This document shows positions 1-10,669 of a stretch of DNA of 64,000 bases, one piece after another (positions within the stretch are counted from its first letter, which is position 1; each line of letters begins with the position of its first letter). The translations under genes were made by a program, and so were the position numbers. The notes beneath the pieces were generated by a model that was not told the DNA's origin, ran no database searches, and worked only from the letters and a program-made list of their open reading frames with translations. Source of the DNA: an uncultured Spirochaetota bacterium (lineage in GTDB: Bacteria; Spirochaetota; Spirochaetia; SZUA-6; Fen-1364); NCBI GenBank assembly GCA_963781885.1, contig CAWAHW010000002.1, forward strand, positions 1,498,741 through 1,562,740. Reading direction: 5' to 3'.

Positions 1-274
1 TGTGCAGGATGCCGAGGTCACGCTCCCAGATGATCGAGATGCCGTAGAAGATCGCGATGAAGAGCACGCTCTGGGAGAGGATTCCCGGCGCCATGAAATC
101 GATGTAGCGCATCGTGCCGGTCGGTATCGCGCGGATGCGCGTGAACACCTGGCCGAATATCAGGAGCCAGAGTGCAGGCTGCACGGCGCGCGTGAGGAGC
201 TCCGTCGGGTCGTGAAGAAGCTTCCGCGCCTCCATGCCGGCGATTGTGAGCGTCCTGCCGAAATAGCGCCGCAT
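1..274 (-). CDS. ABC-2 type transporter permease (DrrB-like), runs off window edge
   Basis: Manual translation MRRYFGRTLTIAGMEARKLLHDPTELLTRAVQPALWLLIFG...YIDFMAPGILSQSVLFIAIFYGISIIWERDLG; directly follows the ABC ATPase. Confidence 0.85.
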   Translation of the reverse strand, partial: MRRYFGRTLTIAGMEARKLLHDPTELLTRAVQPALWLLIFGQVFTRIRAIPTGTMRYIDFMAPGILSQSVLFIAIFYGISIIWERDLGILH

Positions 275-308
275 GAAAATGAATGGGTTGTCCGGCCCCG
301 GCAGTGCG

Positions 309-1106
309 TCAGCCGAGCCTTCGTACAGATCTGCGCGTCCGTCGCGTCTCACGATAGGTTCCTCCCGATTCCAGCTCGCTTCCCGTGTAGTGAATAAAGA
401 CGTCATCAAGCGTCGCTCCGCGCCTGCCGATCGTCGATTTCAGCTTCCGCGGCGTGCCCAGGGCAACAAGATTGCCCTGGTGCATGATCGCCACCCTGTC
501 GCACAGCGCATCGGCTTCCTCCATCTGGTGCGTCGTGAGAACGACGGTCGCGCCGGTCCGCTTCCGCAGCTCCTCGATATGCCCCCACACGGCGCGGCGC
601 GCGGCAGGATCCAGGCCGACGGTCGGCTCATCCAGAAAAAGCACGCGCGGGCTGTGGATCATGGACTGCGCGATCTCCAGCCTGCGGATCATGCCGCCCG
701 AATACTGCCGTACGAGCTTGTCCGCGGCATCCCCGAGCCCCATGAAGGCGAGCGCTTCATCGACGACGCGACGCTGCGCGCGCCGCGGCACGTCGTAGAG
801 CCTCGCGAAGACGAGCAGATTTTCCCTGCCCGTCAACGTCCCGTCCGCGGAGAGCATCTGCGGGACGTACCCGATGATGCGCCGCACGGCGCCGGCATGG
901 CGCACGATGTCCAGGCCGCCCACGCGCGCGCTCCCCGCGGTTGGTGGCAGGAGCGTCGTGAGCATCTTGATCGTCGTGCTCTTGCCGGCACCATTGGGCC
1001 CCAGCAGGGCAAACATTTCGCCCTGCTCGATCTCCAGGCTGAGGGCATTGACGGCAACGAGCGCGGAAAACCTGCGCGTCAGTCCATTCAATTCGAGTAT
1101 TGGCAC
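309..1106 (-). CDS. ABC transporter ATP-binding protein (DrrA-like)
   Basis: Walker A GPNGAGKST, signature YSGGM, Walker B LFLDEPT, H-loop TTH; GTG start after GGAGG. Confidence 0.93.
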   Translation of the reverse strand: MPILELNGLTRRFSALVAVNALSLEIEQGEMFALLGPNGAGKSTTIKMLTTLLPPTAGSARVGGLDIVRHAGAVRRIIGYVPQMLSADGTLTGRENLLVFARLYDVPRRAQRRVVDEALAFMGLGDAADKLVRQYSGGMIRRLEIAQSMIHSPRVLFLDEPTVGLDPAARRAVWGHIEELRKRTGATVVLTTHQMEEADALCDRVAIMHQGNLVALGTPRKLKSTIGRRGATLDDVFIHYTGSELESGGTYRETRRTRRSVRRLG

Positions 1107-1158
1107 GGAAGCGGGTCCTCCCACCTGATTATGAGATACTCAAAATCCAGCAGACGCA

Positions 1159-1596
1159 TCAATCCCGCCAGGCATCCGGCAGCAGCGCCACGGCGCGCCG
1201 GAGGATGCTCGTGAGCGCGGCTGTCTCATCCTTGGTCAGGGAGCCGAGCATCACGCGCAGGGTGCGATTGCGGGACCGTCGGCTCCTGTCCAGCGCGGCC
1301 TTTCCGGCAGCGCTTGCCACGAGAGCGGCGGACCTCCCGTCCTCAGGGGACCGGGTGCGCGTGATCAGGCCGCGGTCGACGAGCTGATCGACGATCTTCG
1401 TGATGGCAGCCGGCGTGACGCGAAGCTGCGCCGCAAGCTCCCCCGCGCGCGCGGCCTGCTCAGAGGACCGCTTCAGCACCTGCATCTGCATGAGGCTCAA
1501 GCCGCTGAATCCCTTTTCCCGCACGGAGCTCCAGACCTGCCGCGCGAGCTGCAGGAGGAGCCTATCCAGCTCGTCCAGATCAGGATTCGAGGCCAT
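1159..1596 (-). CDS. MarR family transcriptional regulator
   Basis: wHTH ELAAQLRVTPAAITKIVDQLVDRGLITR...DGR. Confidence 0.92.
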   Translation of the reverse strand: MASNPDLDELDRLLLQLARQVWSSVREKGFSGLSLMQMQVLKRSSEQAARAGELAAQLRVTPAAITKIVDQLVDRGLITRTRSPEDGRSAALVASAAGKAALDRSRRSRNRTLRVMLGSLTKDETAALTSILRRAVALLPDAWRD

Positions 1597-3208
1597 CGGC
1601 GTTCTTCCGTGACGGTTCCTGGTAGAACTCGTCCCGCTTCAGCGCGATCTCTTTCAGCAGCAGCGCCGACACGAGCGTGAGCGCGGCGAAAATGAGGCCG
1701 AAAAGGAAAAGCCGCTGCACGCCCTGCGCGAGCGAGGCTCTCACGCCCTGGATGAACCGCCCGTAGAGCGTCTCACCGACGGTGCCATAGCGGGCGAACA
1801 TCAGCTTCAGGGCATTCTGCGCCTTTGAATCGATCAGCGCCTGAGGGTTCGCCACCACGCTCTTCATGGAGTCCGGCATTTTGTCCATCGCCGCAACAAG
1901 CTGCGACGGCAGCTCCTTTTTCAGGGCGGTGTTGAACGTGTTCGACAGGATGGTGCCGAATATGGGCGACGCGATGATGCCTCCCAGCGAGGTGACAAAT
2001 TGCTGCGTCGAGTTGACGACGCCCATCTGCGAATAGGGAAAGGCGTTCTGGATCACCACGTTTGCCAGCGGCATGACGGCTCCCATGGCCAGTCCGACGA
2101 CCATCATGTTGCGCACGACGATCCCCCACGTGGTGAGCACGTCCATTCGCTGGAGCAGGAAGACCCCGAGCAGCATGACGGCGGAGCCGATGATCGCCTG
2201 GAGCTTGTACCTGCCCAGCCGGCTCACGAGGATGCCGCCGATCGTGCTCCCGACGATGAAGCTCAGCATCATGGGGGTGAGCAAGGCTCCCGAGTTCGTC
2301 GCCGACAGCCCGACGACACCCTGGACGAAGATCGGCAGGAACATGAGCCCGGCGTACATCCCCACGGAGAGAAAGAAGCTCATCAGCACCGTCGTCGTGA
2401 AGATGCGGTTGCGAAACAGGTTCGGGTTGAGAATCGGCTCGGCGGCGCGCCGCTCGACGAAGACAAAGACGACGATCACCACGATCCCGGCCGCAAAGAG
2501 CGTGAGGATCTGCGGCGATCCCCATCCGTACTTGCTGCCGGCCCACGTGAAGCCCAGAAGCAGGGGGATGAGCCCCGCCATCAGGGTGGCGCTTCCGAAC
2601 CAGTCGATGCGATGCTTCGTCGCCGTGCGCACGTTCGGCAGGGCGACCGCGACGGCGACAAAGGCCAGAAACGCCACGGGAAGGTTGATGTAGAATATCC
2701 ATCGCCAACCCAGCGTGTCGGTGAGCCAGCCCCCAAGGTAGGGCCCGATGATCGCCGATACCCCGAAAACCGCGTTCAGGAGCCCTATCCAGTTGCCGCG
2801 CTCCTTGGGATTGAAGATGTCTCCCACGGTGGCCCGGGGCATGCTCATCATGCCGCCGCCGCCGATTCCCTGGAGGGCGCGCGCCGCGATCAGCCATTCC
2901 ATGGAGCGGGACAAGCCTGCGAGAGCCGAGCCTGCGATGAAGACCGCAAGCCCGAACAGGTAGAAGGGCTTGCGCCCATAGACGTCCGAGAGCTTACCGT
3001 AGAGAGGCACGGTGATCGCGGAGGTCATCATGTAGGCGGTGAAGACCCAGGCGTAACTTGCAAGACCGTTCAGCTCGCCGATGATGGTCGGCAGGGCGGT
3101 CGTGACGACGGTCTGGTCGAGGGAGGAAAAAAACATCGTGACCATGACGGCCGACAGGGCAAGCCATCGCCGTTGTCCCGTGATCTGGTTGGTTGCCTGG
3201 TAGATCAT
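1580..3208 (-). CDS. MFS drug:H+ antiporter, DHA2/EmrB-QacA type
   Basis: LDQTVVTTALPTI motif, motif A GKLSDVYGRK, motif C GPYLGG, WRWIFYINLP; about 14 hydrophobic segments. Confidence 0.93.
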   Translation of the reverse strand: MIYQATNQITGQRRWLALSAVMVTMFFSSLDQTVVTTALPTIIGELNGLASYAWVFTAYMMTSAITVPLYGKLSDVYGRKPFYLFGLAVFIAGSALAGLSRSMEWLIAARALQGIGGGGMMSMPRATVGDIFNPKERGNWIGLLNAVFGVSAIIGPYLGGWLTDTLGWRWIFYINLPVAFLAFVAVAVALPNVRTATKHRIDWFGSATLMAGLIPLLLGFTWAGSKYGWGSPQILTLFAAGIVVIVVFVFVERRAAEPILNPNLFRNRIFTTTVLMSFFLSVGMYAGLMFLPIFVQGVVGLSATNSGALLTPMMLSFIVGSTIGGILVSRLGRYKLQAIIGSAVMLLGVFLLQRMDVLTTWGIVVRNMMVVGLAMGAVMPLANVVIQNAFPYSQMGVVNSTQQFVTSLGGIIASPIFGTILSNTFNTALKKELPSQLVAAMDKMPDSMKSVVANPQALIDSKAQNALKLMFARYGTVGETLYGRFIQGVRASLAQGVQRLFLFGLIFAALTLVSALLLKEIALKRDEFYQEPSRKNADGLES

Positions 3209-3232
3209 GCGTGAATGCTCCTCAGGGAATTT

Positions 3233-3275
3233 GCTTAACCTGGTAAAGTATATGCCGAAAACGGCGTCGTGTCAC
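3233..3275 (-). promoter_or_regulatory. sigma70-type promoter of the efflux operon with overlapping imperfect palindrome (candidate MarR operator)
   Basis: Minus strand GTGACA(3275-3270)-N17-TATACT(3252-3247); near-palindrome gcttaacctggtaaagt at 3233-3249 just downstream of the -10. Confidence 0.55.
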
Positions 3276-3377
3276 CCCCCACGGTACAAGACCCTTTTTG
3301 CGCACTTCCCTGTTTCCGAATACCACGGCGTGTTTGTATCTTCTCACCCGCACAGTCGATGTGAACCCGGGAGGGAA

Positions 3378-4469
3378 ATGATGGTGAAAAGACTTTTCAG
3401 CCTGACGCTCTGCCTGCTTCTGCTCGGCGCGGGCCTTGCCGCGGCGTCGGGAAACAGCGAGCCGGCTGCCGCACCCGTGACATGGACAGTCGTGGCGGGC
3501 GCCGAAACAGTCATGGAGCAGACCGAGCACGGCGTGATGGGCGCGTGGCAGTTCGCCAAGTTCTACCCCGACGTCCTCACCATCCATGTCGGTGACACCG
3601 TGAAGTTCACTTTCCCCACGACAATGGGTCATAACGTTGTCTTCATGCCGGCCGGTCAACGCGCGGCGGAGCAATTCATCCCGGACGCCGCCGACAAGAC
3701 GCGCATGCTGGTCAATCCGCTGGCCCTCACGCCGACCGCAGACGGCACATTCGATGGGTCAGCGGCCGTCAGCTCCGGGGTGCTTGCCGGTATGGATGGC
3801 ATGGCGAAGGATTTCTCCGTCACCTTCACGAAACAGGGCACGTTCGGCTACGTCTGCACGCTGCATTCCGCGGTCGTGCCCATCGTGGGACCGGTCGGGA
3901 TGGTGGGCAAGATCATCGTGAAGGGAGCGGGCGGCGGGCTTCCCATGACGCCGGACCAGGTGATGGCAAAGGAATCGGCGGACATCACCAGCGATATTGC
4001 AAGCGCGCAGGCCGTTGACGCCGAAGCGCGGACCGTGGCACAGCGCCCCGGCCCGAACGGCACGACGATCTACACGGTCAATATCGGTTATGCGACAAAG
4101 ACGGAAGGCGAGTTTCTCCGGTTCGGGGCAAGCGATCTCGGCATCAAGGTGGGAGATACGGTCGAATGGGTTCAGAAATCCGCCCAGGCGCCGCACACGG
4201 TGTCATTCTTCTCGGGAGGGACCGAGACGCCGGAGACCATCGATGACGGCGGCACGCAGTACCAGAACCCCGCCGCGCTGGCCCCTGTCGGAGGGAAAAC
4301 GTACGACGGAACGGGGGTCGTGAGCTCGGGCTTCCTCAACGGAACGAAAAACCCGGCGCCGGGACCACGAACGTACAGCCTCACCTTCACGGCCCCCGGT
4401 CATTTTGAATACATCTGCATCCCCCATGATGAAATGGGAATGATGGCGTACATTACCGTGACACAGTAG
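3378..4469 (+). CDS. Secreted tandem cupredoxin (two plastocyanin/azurin-like type-1 Cu domains)
   Basis: Signal peptide; domain 1 GHNVVF...YVCTLH-X11-M; domain 2 PHTVSF...YICIPHDEMGM. Confidence 0.85.
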   Translation: MMVKRLFSLTLCLLLLGAGLAAASGNSEPAAAPVTWTVVAGAETVMEQTEHGVMGAWQFAKFYPDVLTIHVGDTVKFTFPTTMGHNVVFMPAGQRAAEQFIPDAADKTRMLVNPLALTPTADGTFDGSAAVSSGVLAGMDGMAKDFSVTFTKQGTFGYVCTLHSAVVPIVGPVGMVGKIIVKGAGGGLPMTPDQVMAKESADITSDIASAQAVDAEARTVAQRPGPNGTTIYTVNIGYATKTEGEFLRFGASDLGIKVGDTVEWVQKSAQAPHTVSFFSGGTETPETIDDGGTQYQNPAALAPVGGKTYDGTGVVSSGFLNGTKNPAPGPRTYSLTFTAPGHFEYICIPHDEMGMMAYITVTQ

Positions 4470-4484
4470 ATTGGAGGCGGGCAG

Positions 4485-5069
4485 GTGAAAAGGAAAGTTG
4501 CGATCATTGGCAAGGGGCACGCGGGAAGCGCTCTGCAGGAGGGAGCTTCTCGCGCAGGCTATGAAACGAAGATGGTGGGAAAGGGGCCGGGAGTGACCGA
4601 GGCCGCCGCCTGGGGTGACCTCATCATTCTTGCCGCTCCCTTCAGCGCGGTCGAATCCATCATCGCGGAGATCGGATCGCTCGTCCGTGGAAAAACGGTG
4701 GTCGACGTGACAAATGTCCTGGGGCCCAACGGGCAGCTTGCGCTGGGATTCAGCACGAGCGGCGCGGAGCAGCTGCAGAAAAAGGCCCCCTCCGCGAAGA
4801 TCGTGAAGGCATTCAACGCCGTTTTTTCGGCGAATATGGCAAGCGGAAAGATCGATGGCACGCCGATTTCCTGTTTTGTTGCCGGGGATGACGCAGCCGC
4901 CAAGGCGGAGGTCATGACGCTCGCGCGCGACATCGGCTTCGAAGCGGTGGACGCCGGCCCTCTCACGGGAGCGCGGTGGCTGGAGGCGATGGGCTTCGGC
5001 ATGATCCAGCTCGGCTATGTCGTGAACAAGGGCCTGGGCACGTCCATCGGCTTCGTGCTCAAGAAATAG
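4485..5069 (+). CDS. NADP oxidoreductase, F420-dependent family (F420_oxidored-like)
   Basis: IIGKGHAG Rossmann motif, VVDVTN, IVKAFN, VDAGPL. Confidence 0.85.
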   Translation: MKRKVAIIGKGHAGSALQEGASRAGYETKMVGKGPGVTEAAAWGDLIILAAPFSAVESIIAEIGSLVRGKTVVDVTNVLGPNGQLALGFSTSGAEQLQKKAPSAKIVKAFNAVFSANMASGKIDGTPISCFVAGDDAAAKAEVMTLARDIGFEAVDAGPLTGARWLEAMGFGMIQLGYVVNKGLGTSIGFVLKK

Positions 5070-5141
5070 AGCCCTCCAGATCACGCCCCTCCCCGATTCT
5101 TCGTGGCGCGCGACCCGGGGTGCTTTTGCGTGCTATAGTGC

Positions 5142-8100
5142 GTGCAGAGCGCGCCGGAGATGAGGCTGCACGGAGACGAAATCCCCCCTTCCTTTTTGCC
5201 TCCCGGTTGGCGGGATGCGTTGCGCATCGCGGGCAGCGCCGCCATTTATTTCCTTGCAATTGCGCTTGTTTCCTTTAGCCCCGTCTCAAAGCAGGCTCTC
5301 GTCATGGCATGGCCCGCGGGCGGCATCGCACTTGCCGCTCTGCTCCTGAATCCGCCAAAGCTTCGTGTGGTCCTCGTACCCGCGCTTCTCCTGTTCGGCG
5401 CGGCGGCCGAAATCCTGGCCGGCAAGAGCGTCGTTTTCAGCCTGGGATTCATCGCAGTCAATGTTCTTGAAACCGTCGGCTGCGCCTGGCTGATCTTGAG
5501 CGTCTGCGGGCCCGACACGCGCTTCGACAAGGTCCGGGACGTTGGCGCGCTCCTCCTGGCGGCGGTCGTGCTGAACGCCGCAACCGCGCTCCTCGGATCG
5601 GCTCTGTTCATTGGGACACCGGGAGCCTCCCTGTGGTCGGCCTGGAGGACATGGTGGATCCGCGATGCCCTGGGCATCCTCATTTTCACTCCCCTTGCGC
5701 TGGCCTGGTTGAAGCCCGACCCGTCGCGCCCCTCTGCCTTCACGTCGCGGCAGGCAATCGAGCTGGCGGTCTTTCTCATTCCCTGGGGCATCCTTGCATG
5801 GCTCTCATTCGGAAGTGGCATGGAAGATTCCTTCGTCCCGCAGCCGTACATCGTCGCAGCCTTGATCGCGCTGCCGGCCCTTCGTCTTGGACAACGGGGC
5901 GTGACGACCTCTCTCACTCTCCTCGCTGCCATTGTCTTTGCGCGGCTGGCGACCCGTCCCGATCTTGCCTTCCTGCAAGGTGAAGCCCTGCTCGATCGCC
6001 TCTTTCGGGCTCAGGCCTTCCTTGGCATCACTGCCATCGGCGGATTCCTCCTCTCCGCCAGCTACGGGGAAAACAAGAGGGCGCGTGACCGGCTGCATGA
6101 GTCGCAGGAAAAGCTCCTGCGGGCACAGCGGGTGGCCGGCGTCGGAAGCTGGGAATGGGATTTGAAGACGGGCCTTGTGGAGTGGTCCGACGAAATGGGC
6201 AGGATGTTCGGGCTGGACGCCGGGATCACCGCCGGCAACATGAGGGAGGGCATGGAGAAGACGGTGCATCCCGACGATCTTGCCATGGTGCAGAAAGCCA
6301 ACCGCGACCTGCTCGATGGCAAAGCACCCATTCCCCTCACCTACCGCGTGGTCTGGCCCGATGCGAGCGTGCACGTCATACGGGCGGAAACCGGAAGCCT
6401 GGTACGCGATTCCCGGGGCCTGCCCATTCACCTGTCCGGCATCGCCGTGGACGTCACCGCGCAGGAAAGGACGGCGGCGACGCAGGCCGGCACCATCGAT
6501 CTTCTCAAAATCTGCAACGAGGCGCGCAGCGTCAAAGGCATGGTCAACGGCCTCGCGGCATTCTTTCAAAAGATGACCGGTGTCGAAGGCGTGGGCATAC
6601 GGCTTCGCGACGGGTCGGACTTCCCGTACTGCGCCACCAACGGCCTGCCGGAGGAATTCGTCAGGATGGAAAACTCGCTCTGCTCCATGGACGCGGAAGG
6701 GGTGCCCGTTCGGGACGCAAATGGCCTTCCCATCCTTGAGTGCATGTGCGGGAATGTCCTCACCGGCAAAGTGGATGCCGTGCTCCCTTTTTTCACGGCC
6801 CGCGGAAGCTTCTGGACAGGCAGCACGACGTCGCTGCTTGCCGGCACCACGGAATCGGAGCGGCAGGGTCGTACACGCAATCGCTGCAACGGCGCGGGCT
6901 TCGAAACGGTCGCTCTCATCCCGATACGCATGCGCGGGGAAATCGTCGGCCTTCTGCAGCTCACCGACCGGCGCGCGAACATGCTCGACAGGGCCCGGGT
7001 AAAAGACATCGAGGGATTCATCGACTACGTTGGGATCGCGCTCGCCAAACTGAAAGCGGAAGAGATGCTGCGGGACACGGAAAGACGCCTGCGGCTGACC
7101 ATTGAAGGCGGGAATATCGGCACATGGCGGGTAGATCTCGAAAAAAGGATCGTCGAGCTCTCGGAGCGCGCCGCCGAGCTGCACGGGCTTGCACCGGGTC
7201 GGACCGTCAGCTTCGAAGCAGCGCACGCCGCCGTGCACCCGGACGACAACAAGCGCGTGGCAGAGGCAATCCTGCAGGCAGGCACTTCCCCGGAGCCTCT
7301 TGCGCTGGAATACCGCGTTCTGCGGCCGGACGGTGCAACGAGATGGCTGTCGATCCGCGCGGGCCAGTTCACCGATGAGGGAACCCGCCAGATATTCGGA
7401 ATTGCCATCGACATCACCGACCGCAGGCATGCTGAGGAGGAGCGCCGCGATTTCGACCGCCGCATGCTGGTCGCGCAGAAGGTGGAGAGTCTCGGCATCC
7501 TCGCCGGCGGCGTCGCGCACAATTTCAACAACCTCCTTTCCGTCATGCTCGGCTACGCGGAGCTCCTCCAGAGCAAGCTCCCCGCCGAGCTTGGATTCTC
7601 AAATGCGGTGGCGGAGATCATCAAGGCCGCGCGCAAATCGCGCGAGCTCACGGGGCAGCTCCTCTCGATGGCGCGCCAGCAGCTGGTCACGCTCACGCCG
7701 GTGGACCTGAACGAGATCATCAACGAGGCGCGATCCCTGCTGCGGCACGCGGTCCGTGAGAATGTCGCAATCGAGATGAAACTGTCCCCGACCCTGGGTC
7801 CCATCCTCGCCGACCCGGGCCGCGTCACACAGGTCCTCGTCAACCTGTCGATGAACGCGCAGGACGCGATGCCCACCGGTGGCACCCTGACGCTGGAAAC
7901 CATGGAAACGATCCGGGAACGGACCGGGCGCGACCCACGCGGGCAGCCTGCCCTCGGGGACATACACCTGCCTGCGCGTGACCGACACCGGCCAGGGGAT
8001 GAGCGTGGAAACCCTTGGGAAGATTTTCGATCCGTTTTTCACGACGAAAGAACAGGGAAAGGGAACCGGGCTCGGGCTTTCAACCGTTTATGGCATCATG

Positions 8101-8601
8101 ACGCAGCATGGCGGCGGTATCGACGTGGCAAGCACGCCGGGCGAGGGGACTTCCTTCATGCTGTATTTCCCGCTGGCTTCCGCGGCGTCGAAAACGGCCC
8201 CGGTCCGGGAGACGGCGCGGCCTGAAAGGCCGTCAGAGACGGTTCTTGTCGTGGAGGACCAGCTTGAGATCAGGACCCTTCTCCAGCTCGTGCTGCAGGA
8301 GGATGGATTCCTGGTGCTCGATGCGCCTGACGGAGAATCCGCCCTCAGCCGCGCCGCCTTGCACGACGGCCCCATACAGCTCCTGCTCACGGACGTGATC
8401 CTCGAGGGCATGAACGGACACGAGCTTTACAAGCGCCTTGCGGCGCAAAGGCCCGACACGAAGGTTCTCTACATGTCCGGCTACCCGAACGACGTGATCG
8501 AGGAGCAGGGGCTGTCGTTCGCCGCGATGGATATCCTCCAGAAGCCATTCACGCATACCGCGCTCCTGGAAAAGGTGCACGCCGTGCTGGACCGCGCGTG
8601 A
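5142..8601 (+). CDS. Hybrid sensor histidine kinase MASE1-PAS-GAF-PAS-HisKA-HATPase-REC; split by one frameshift near 7905-7935
   Basis: MASE1 WPAGG and WWIRDALG; two PAS VHPDD; H-box GGVAHNFNNLL; N-box VLVNLSMNAQDAM; second frame carries DTGQG, FDPFFTTK, GTGLGL and a receiver domain (VVED, TDVIL, KPF). Confidence 0.88.
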
Positions 8602-8608
8602 CGCCGGC

Positions 8609-9052
8609 TCAGCCGTTGACCGACATCAGGCGTGCAAAACGGAACATCTGGACGGGATTGCGCGGGATGCCGGAAATCTTCACGGCGCCGCTCAGCATGT
8701 GACCCACAAGGGCGCGGCTGTCGGGATGCAGCGGACGCGGTATGCCGTTCACCACCTTCAGCATGCATAACGCCAGGAGAACGCCCGCGCTCGTGGTGAT
8801 GCGGATGCGGGGCTGCCCGAAGATGCCGGGGTGGACCGTCAGGACGCCGCCGCCGAATGCAAGCGTGATGGAGACCTGCGCGTCAGTCACATCGATGAAA
8901 ACCGTCGTCGCAAGCCGCTGGAAATCGGCATGCTTCCGCGGCTTCTGCTCGAGATTCTGCCGTATGAGATCGGCGAGCATTGTCGCCACGCCGATGTTCT
9001 CGGCGCCCGCGGCCAGCTCGATATTCTTTCCGTGCTCTGCGTCGTTGCTCAT
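8609..9052 (-). CDS. SCP2 sterol-carrier-like domain protein
   Basis: Small protein with SCP2-like strand pattern (ITLAFGGGVLTV...RIRITTS...LSGAVKISG); last gene of the ALDH operon. Confidence 0.55.
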   Translation of the reverse strand: MSNDAEHGKNIELAAGAENIGVATMLADLIRQNLEQKPRKHADFQRLATTVFIDVTDAQVSITLAFGGGVLTVHPGIFGQPRIRITTSAGVLLALCMLKVVNGIPRPLHPDSRALVGHMLSGAVKISGIPRNPVQMFRFARLMSVNG

Positions 9053-10231
9053 TCAGGCCGCGCCGACCCAGGCGGCTTTCAGGACGGAGAGCACGTCCGC
9101 GGGGTCCGCAACGGGTTTTGCGTTGTAGACGATGGAGCCGTCCGACATCGCCGCTTCCGCGCACGCGGCAAGATCCTCTTCCGGCACACCCGTCTCACGC
9201 AGGGAAAGGGGAAGCCCGAGCTCCCGCTGAAAGGCAATGACGTCGAGCGCCAGCTCCAGGCCGGCCGCCTCGTCGCTCATGCCGCGCACGTCGACGCCAA
9301 AAGCCTCGGCCACCAACCGGTGCCTGTCGGCGGCTGCGTCGTTGTTGAAACGAATGACGTACGGCATTGCGATCGCGTTCAGGAGCCCGTGATGGACGCC
9401 GTGCCGGGCGCCGACGACGTGGGAGATCGCGTGCATGAGCCCGACCTGTGCGTTGGAGAAGGCCGCCCCGCCGAGGGTCGCGGCAATGAGCATCTGGCCG
9501 CGGGCCGCCACGTCCCCGCCATTTTTCATTACCGGCAGGAGGTTTTCATGCACAAGCCGTATCGCATGCAGGCCCAGAGCGTCGGCAATCGGTTCCCGCT
9601 GGGCCGATGTGACGGCCTCCATGCCGTGGGAAAGGGCATCCAGACCGGTGGCCGCGGTGATGGACGCGGGAAGCTGAAGGGTGAGCTGCGGGTCGAGGAT
9701 GGCAACGTCGGGGATGATGTGATGGTCGGCAAAAAGCAGCTTGCGCCGGGCCTCATGATCCTTGATGACCGCCACGTAGGTGACCTCGGAGCCCGTGCCT
9801 GCCGTTGTCGGGATGCAGACGTGCGTGGTCTGCTTCCGCGTGAGAAGCTGGAAACCCTGGTAGTCGGAGAGCGCGCCGCCTTCCTTCAGGAGGATGGCGA
9901 TTCCCTTTGCCGTGTCGATGACGCTGCCGCCGCCGATGCTGACGATGGAATCCGCTCCCCTGCCCCTGCCGTATTCGGCCGCCTTGTTGACGACGTGGAC
10001 GCCGGAATCCGCCGGCACGTCGGCAAACACGCCCGCGCATTTTGCTCCAAGTGCGCGCGTCACCCGGGTCACGATGTCCGTCTTCTCCGCAAGGTGCCTG
10101 TCCGTGACGACCAGCGCCTTCTGCCCGCCCAGCCCGCCCAGCTCCACGCCGACGTCCGCGCACGAGCCCGCGCCAAAGACGACGCGGGTCGGAGCCGTGT
10201 AGAGAAACGAAAGATCCCCGGGGTATCCCAT
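9053..10231 (-). CDS. Iron-containing alcohol dehydrogenase
   Basis: GGGSVIDTAK, PTTAGTGSEVT, DALSHGME, HAISH, HG metal ligands. Confidence 0.93.
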   Translation of the reverse strand: MGYPGDLSFLYTAPTRVVFGAGSCADVGVELGGLGGQKALVVTDRHLAEKTDIVTRVTRALGAKCAGVFADVPADSGVHVVNKAAEYGRGRGADSIVSIGGGSVIDTAKGIAILLKEGGALSDYQGFQLLTRKQTTHVCIPTTAGTGSEVTYVAVIKDHEARRKLLFADHHIIPDVAILDPQLTLQLPASITAATGLDALSHGMEAVTSAQREPIADALGLHAIRLVHENLLPVMKNGGDVAARGQMLIAATLGGAAFSNAQVGLMHAISHVVGARHGVHHGLLNAIAMPYVIRFNNDAAADRHRLVAEAFGVDVRGMSDEAAGLELALDVIAFQRELGLPLSLRETGVPEEDLAACAEAAMSDGSIVYNAKPVADPADVLSVLKAAWVGAA

Positions 10232-10238
10232 GGTCGCG

Positions 10239-10658
10239 CTACTCGTCCAGGAACCGCGTGTCGAGTGACGCGGCGGAATTGACCAGCGCCTGAGCCGATT
10301 TCACCTCGCGGACGATGGTGGGAAGGTCTCCCTTCAGCTTGAGCTTCCCCTGCAGCATGCCCTTGATCGGATCGAGCTCCTTGCGCAGCACCTGCTTCCA
10401 GCGCGCGTATTCGCCGGTGATGCAGAAGGGCGCCTTCAACGCCTCCTCCACCTTCACGAGCCTCGCCTCCCGGCAGACGCCCCGATCGAGGTCGAGCCAT
10501 ATCCCCACGTCCCCGGGGAACGCGGGTGCCTGCGCCTTGCAGATCAGCGCCACCACGCCGTGCGTCCAGTCCGCGGCGGCGCTTGCATACTCCGGACTTC
10601 CGTTGATGGCGTCCTTGTACTTGCGGATCCACTCGTCACTGAAAAACACGCTGCTCAT
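10239..10658 (-). CDS. SCP2 sterol-binding domain protein
   Basis: FFSDEWI...IWLDLDRGVCREA...W..VL..ELDPIKGMLQGKLKLKGD, typical of SCP2; start MSSVFF after GGGGGG. Confidence 0.85.
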   Translation of the reverse strand: MSSVFFSDEWIRKYKDAINGSPEYASAAADWTHGVVALICKAQAPAFPGDVGIWLDLDRGVCREARLVKVEEALKAPFCITGEYARWKQVLRKELDPIKGMLQGKLKLKGDLPTIVREVKSAQALVNSAASLDTRFLDE

Positions 10659-10669
10659 CTCACCCCCCC

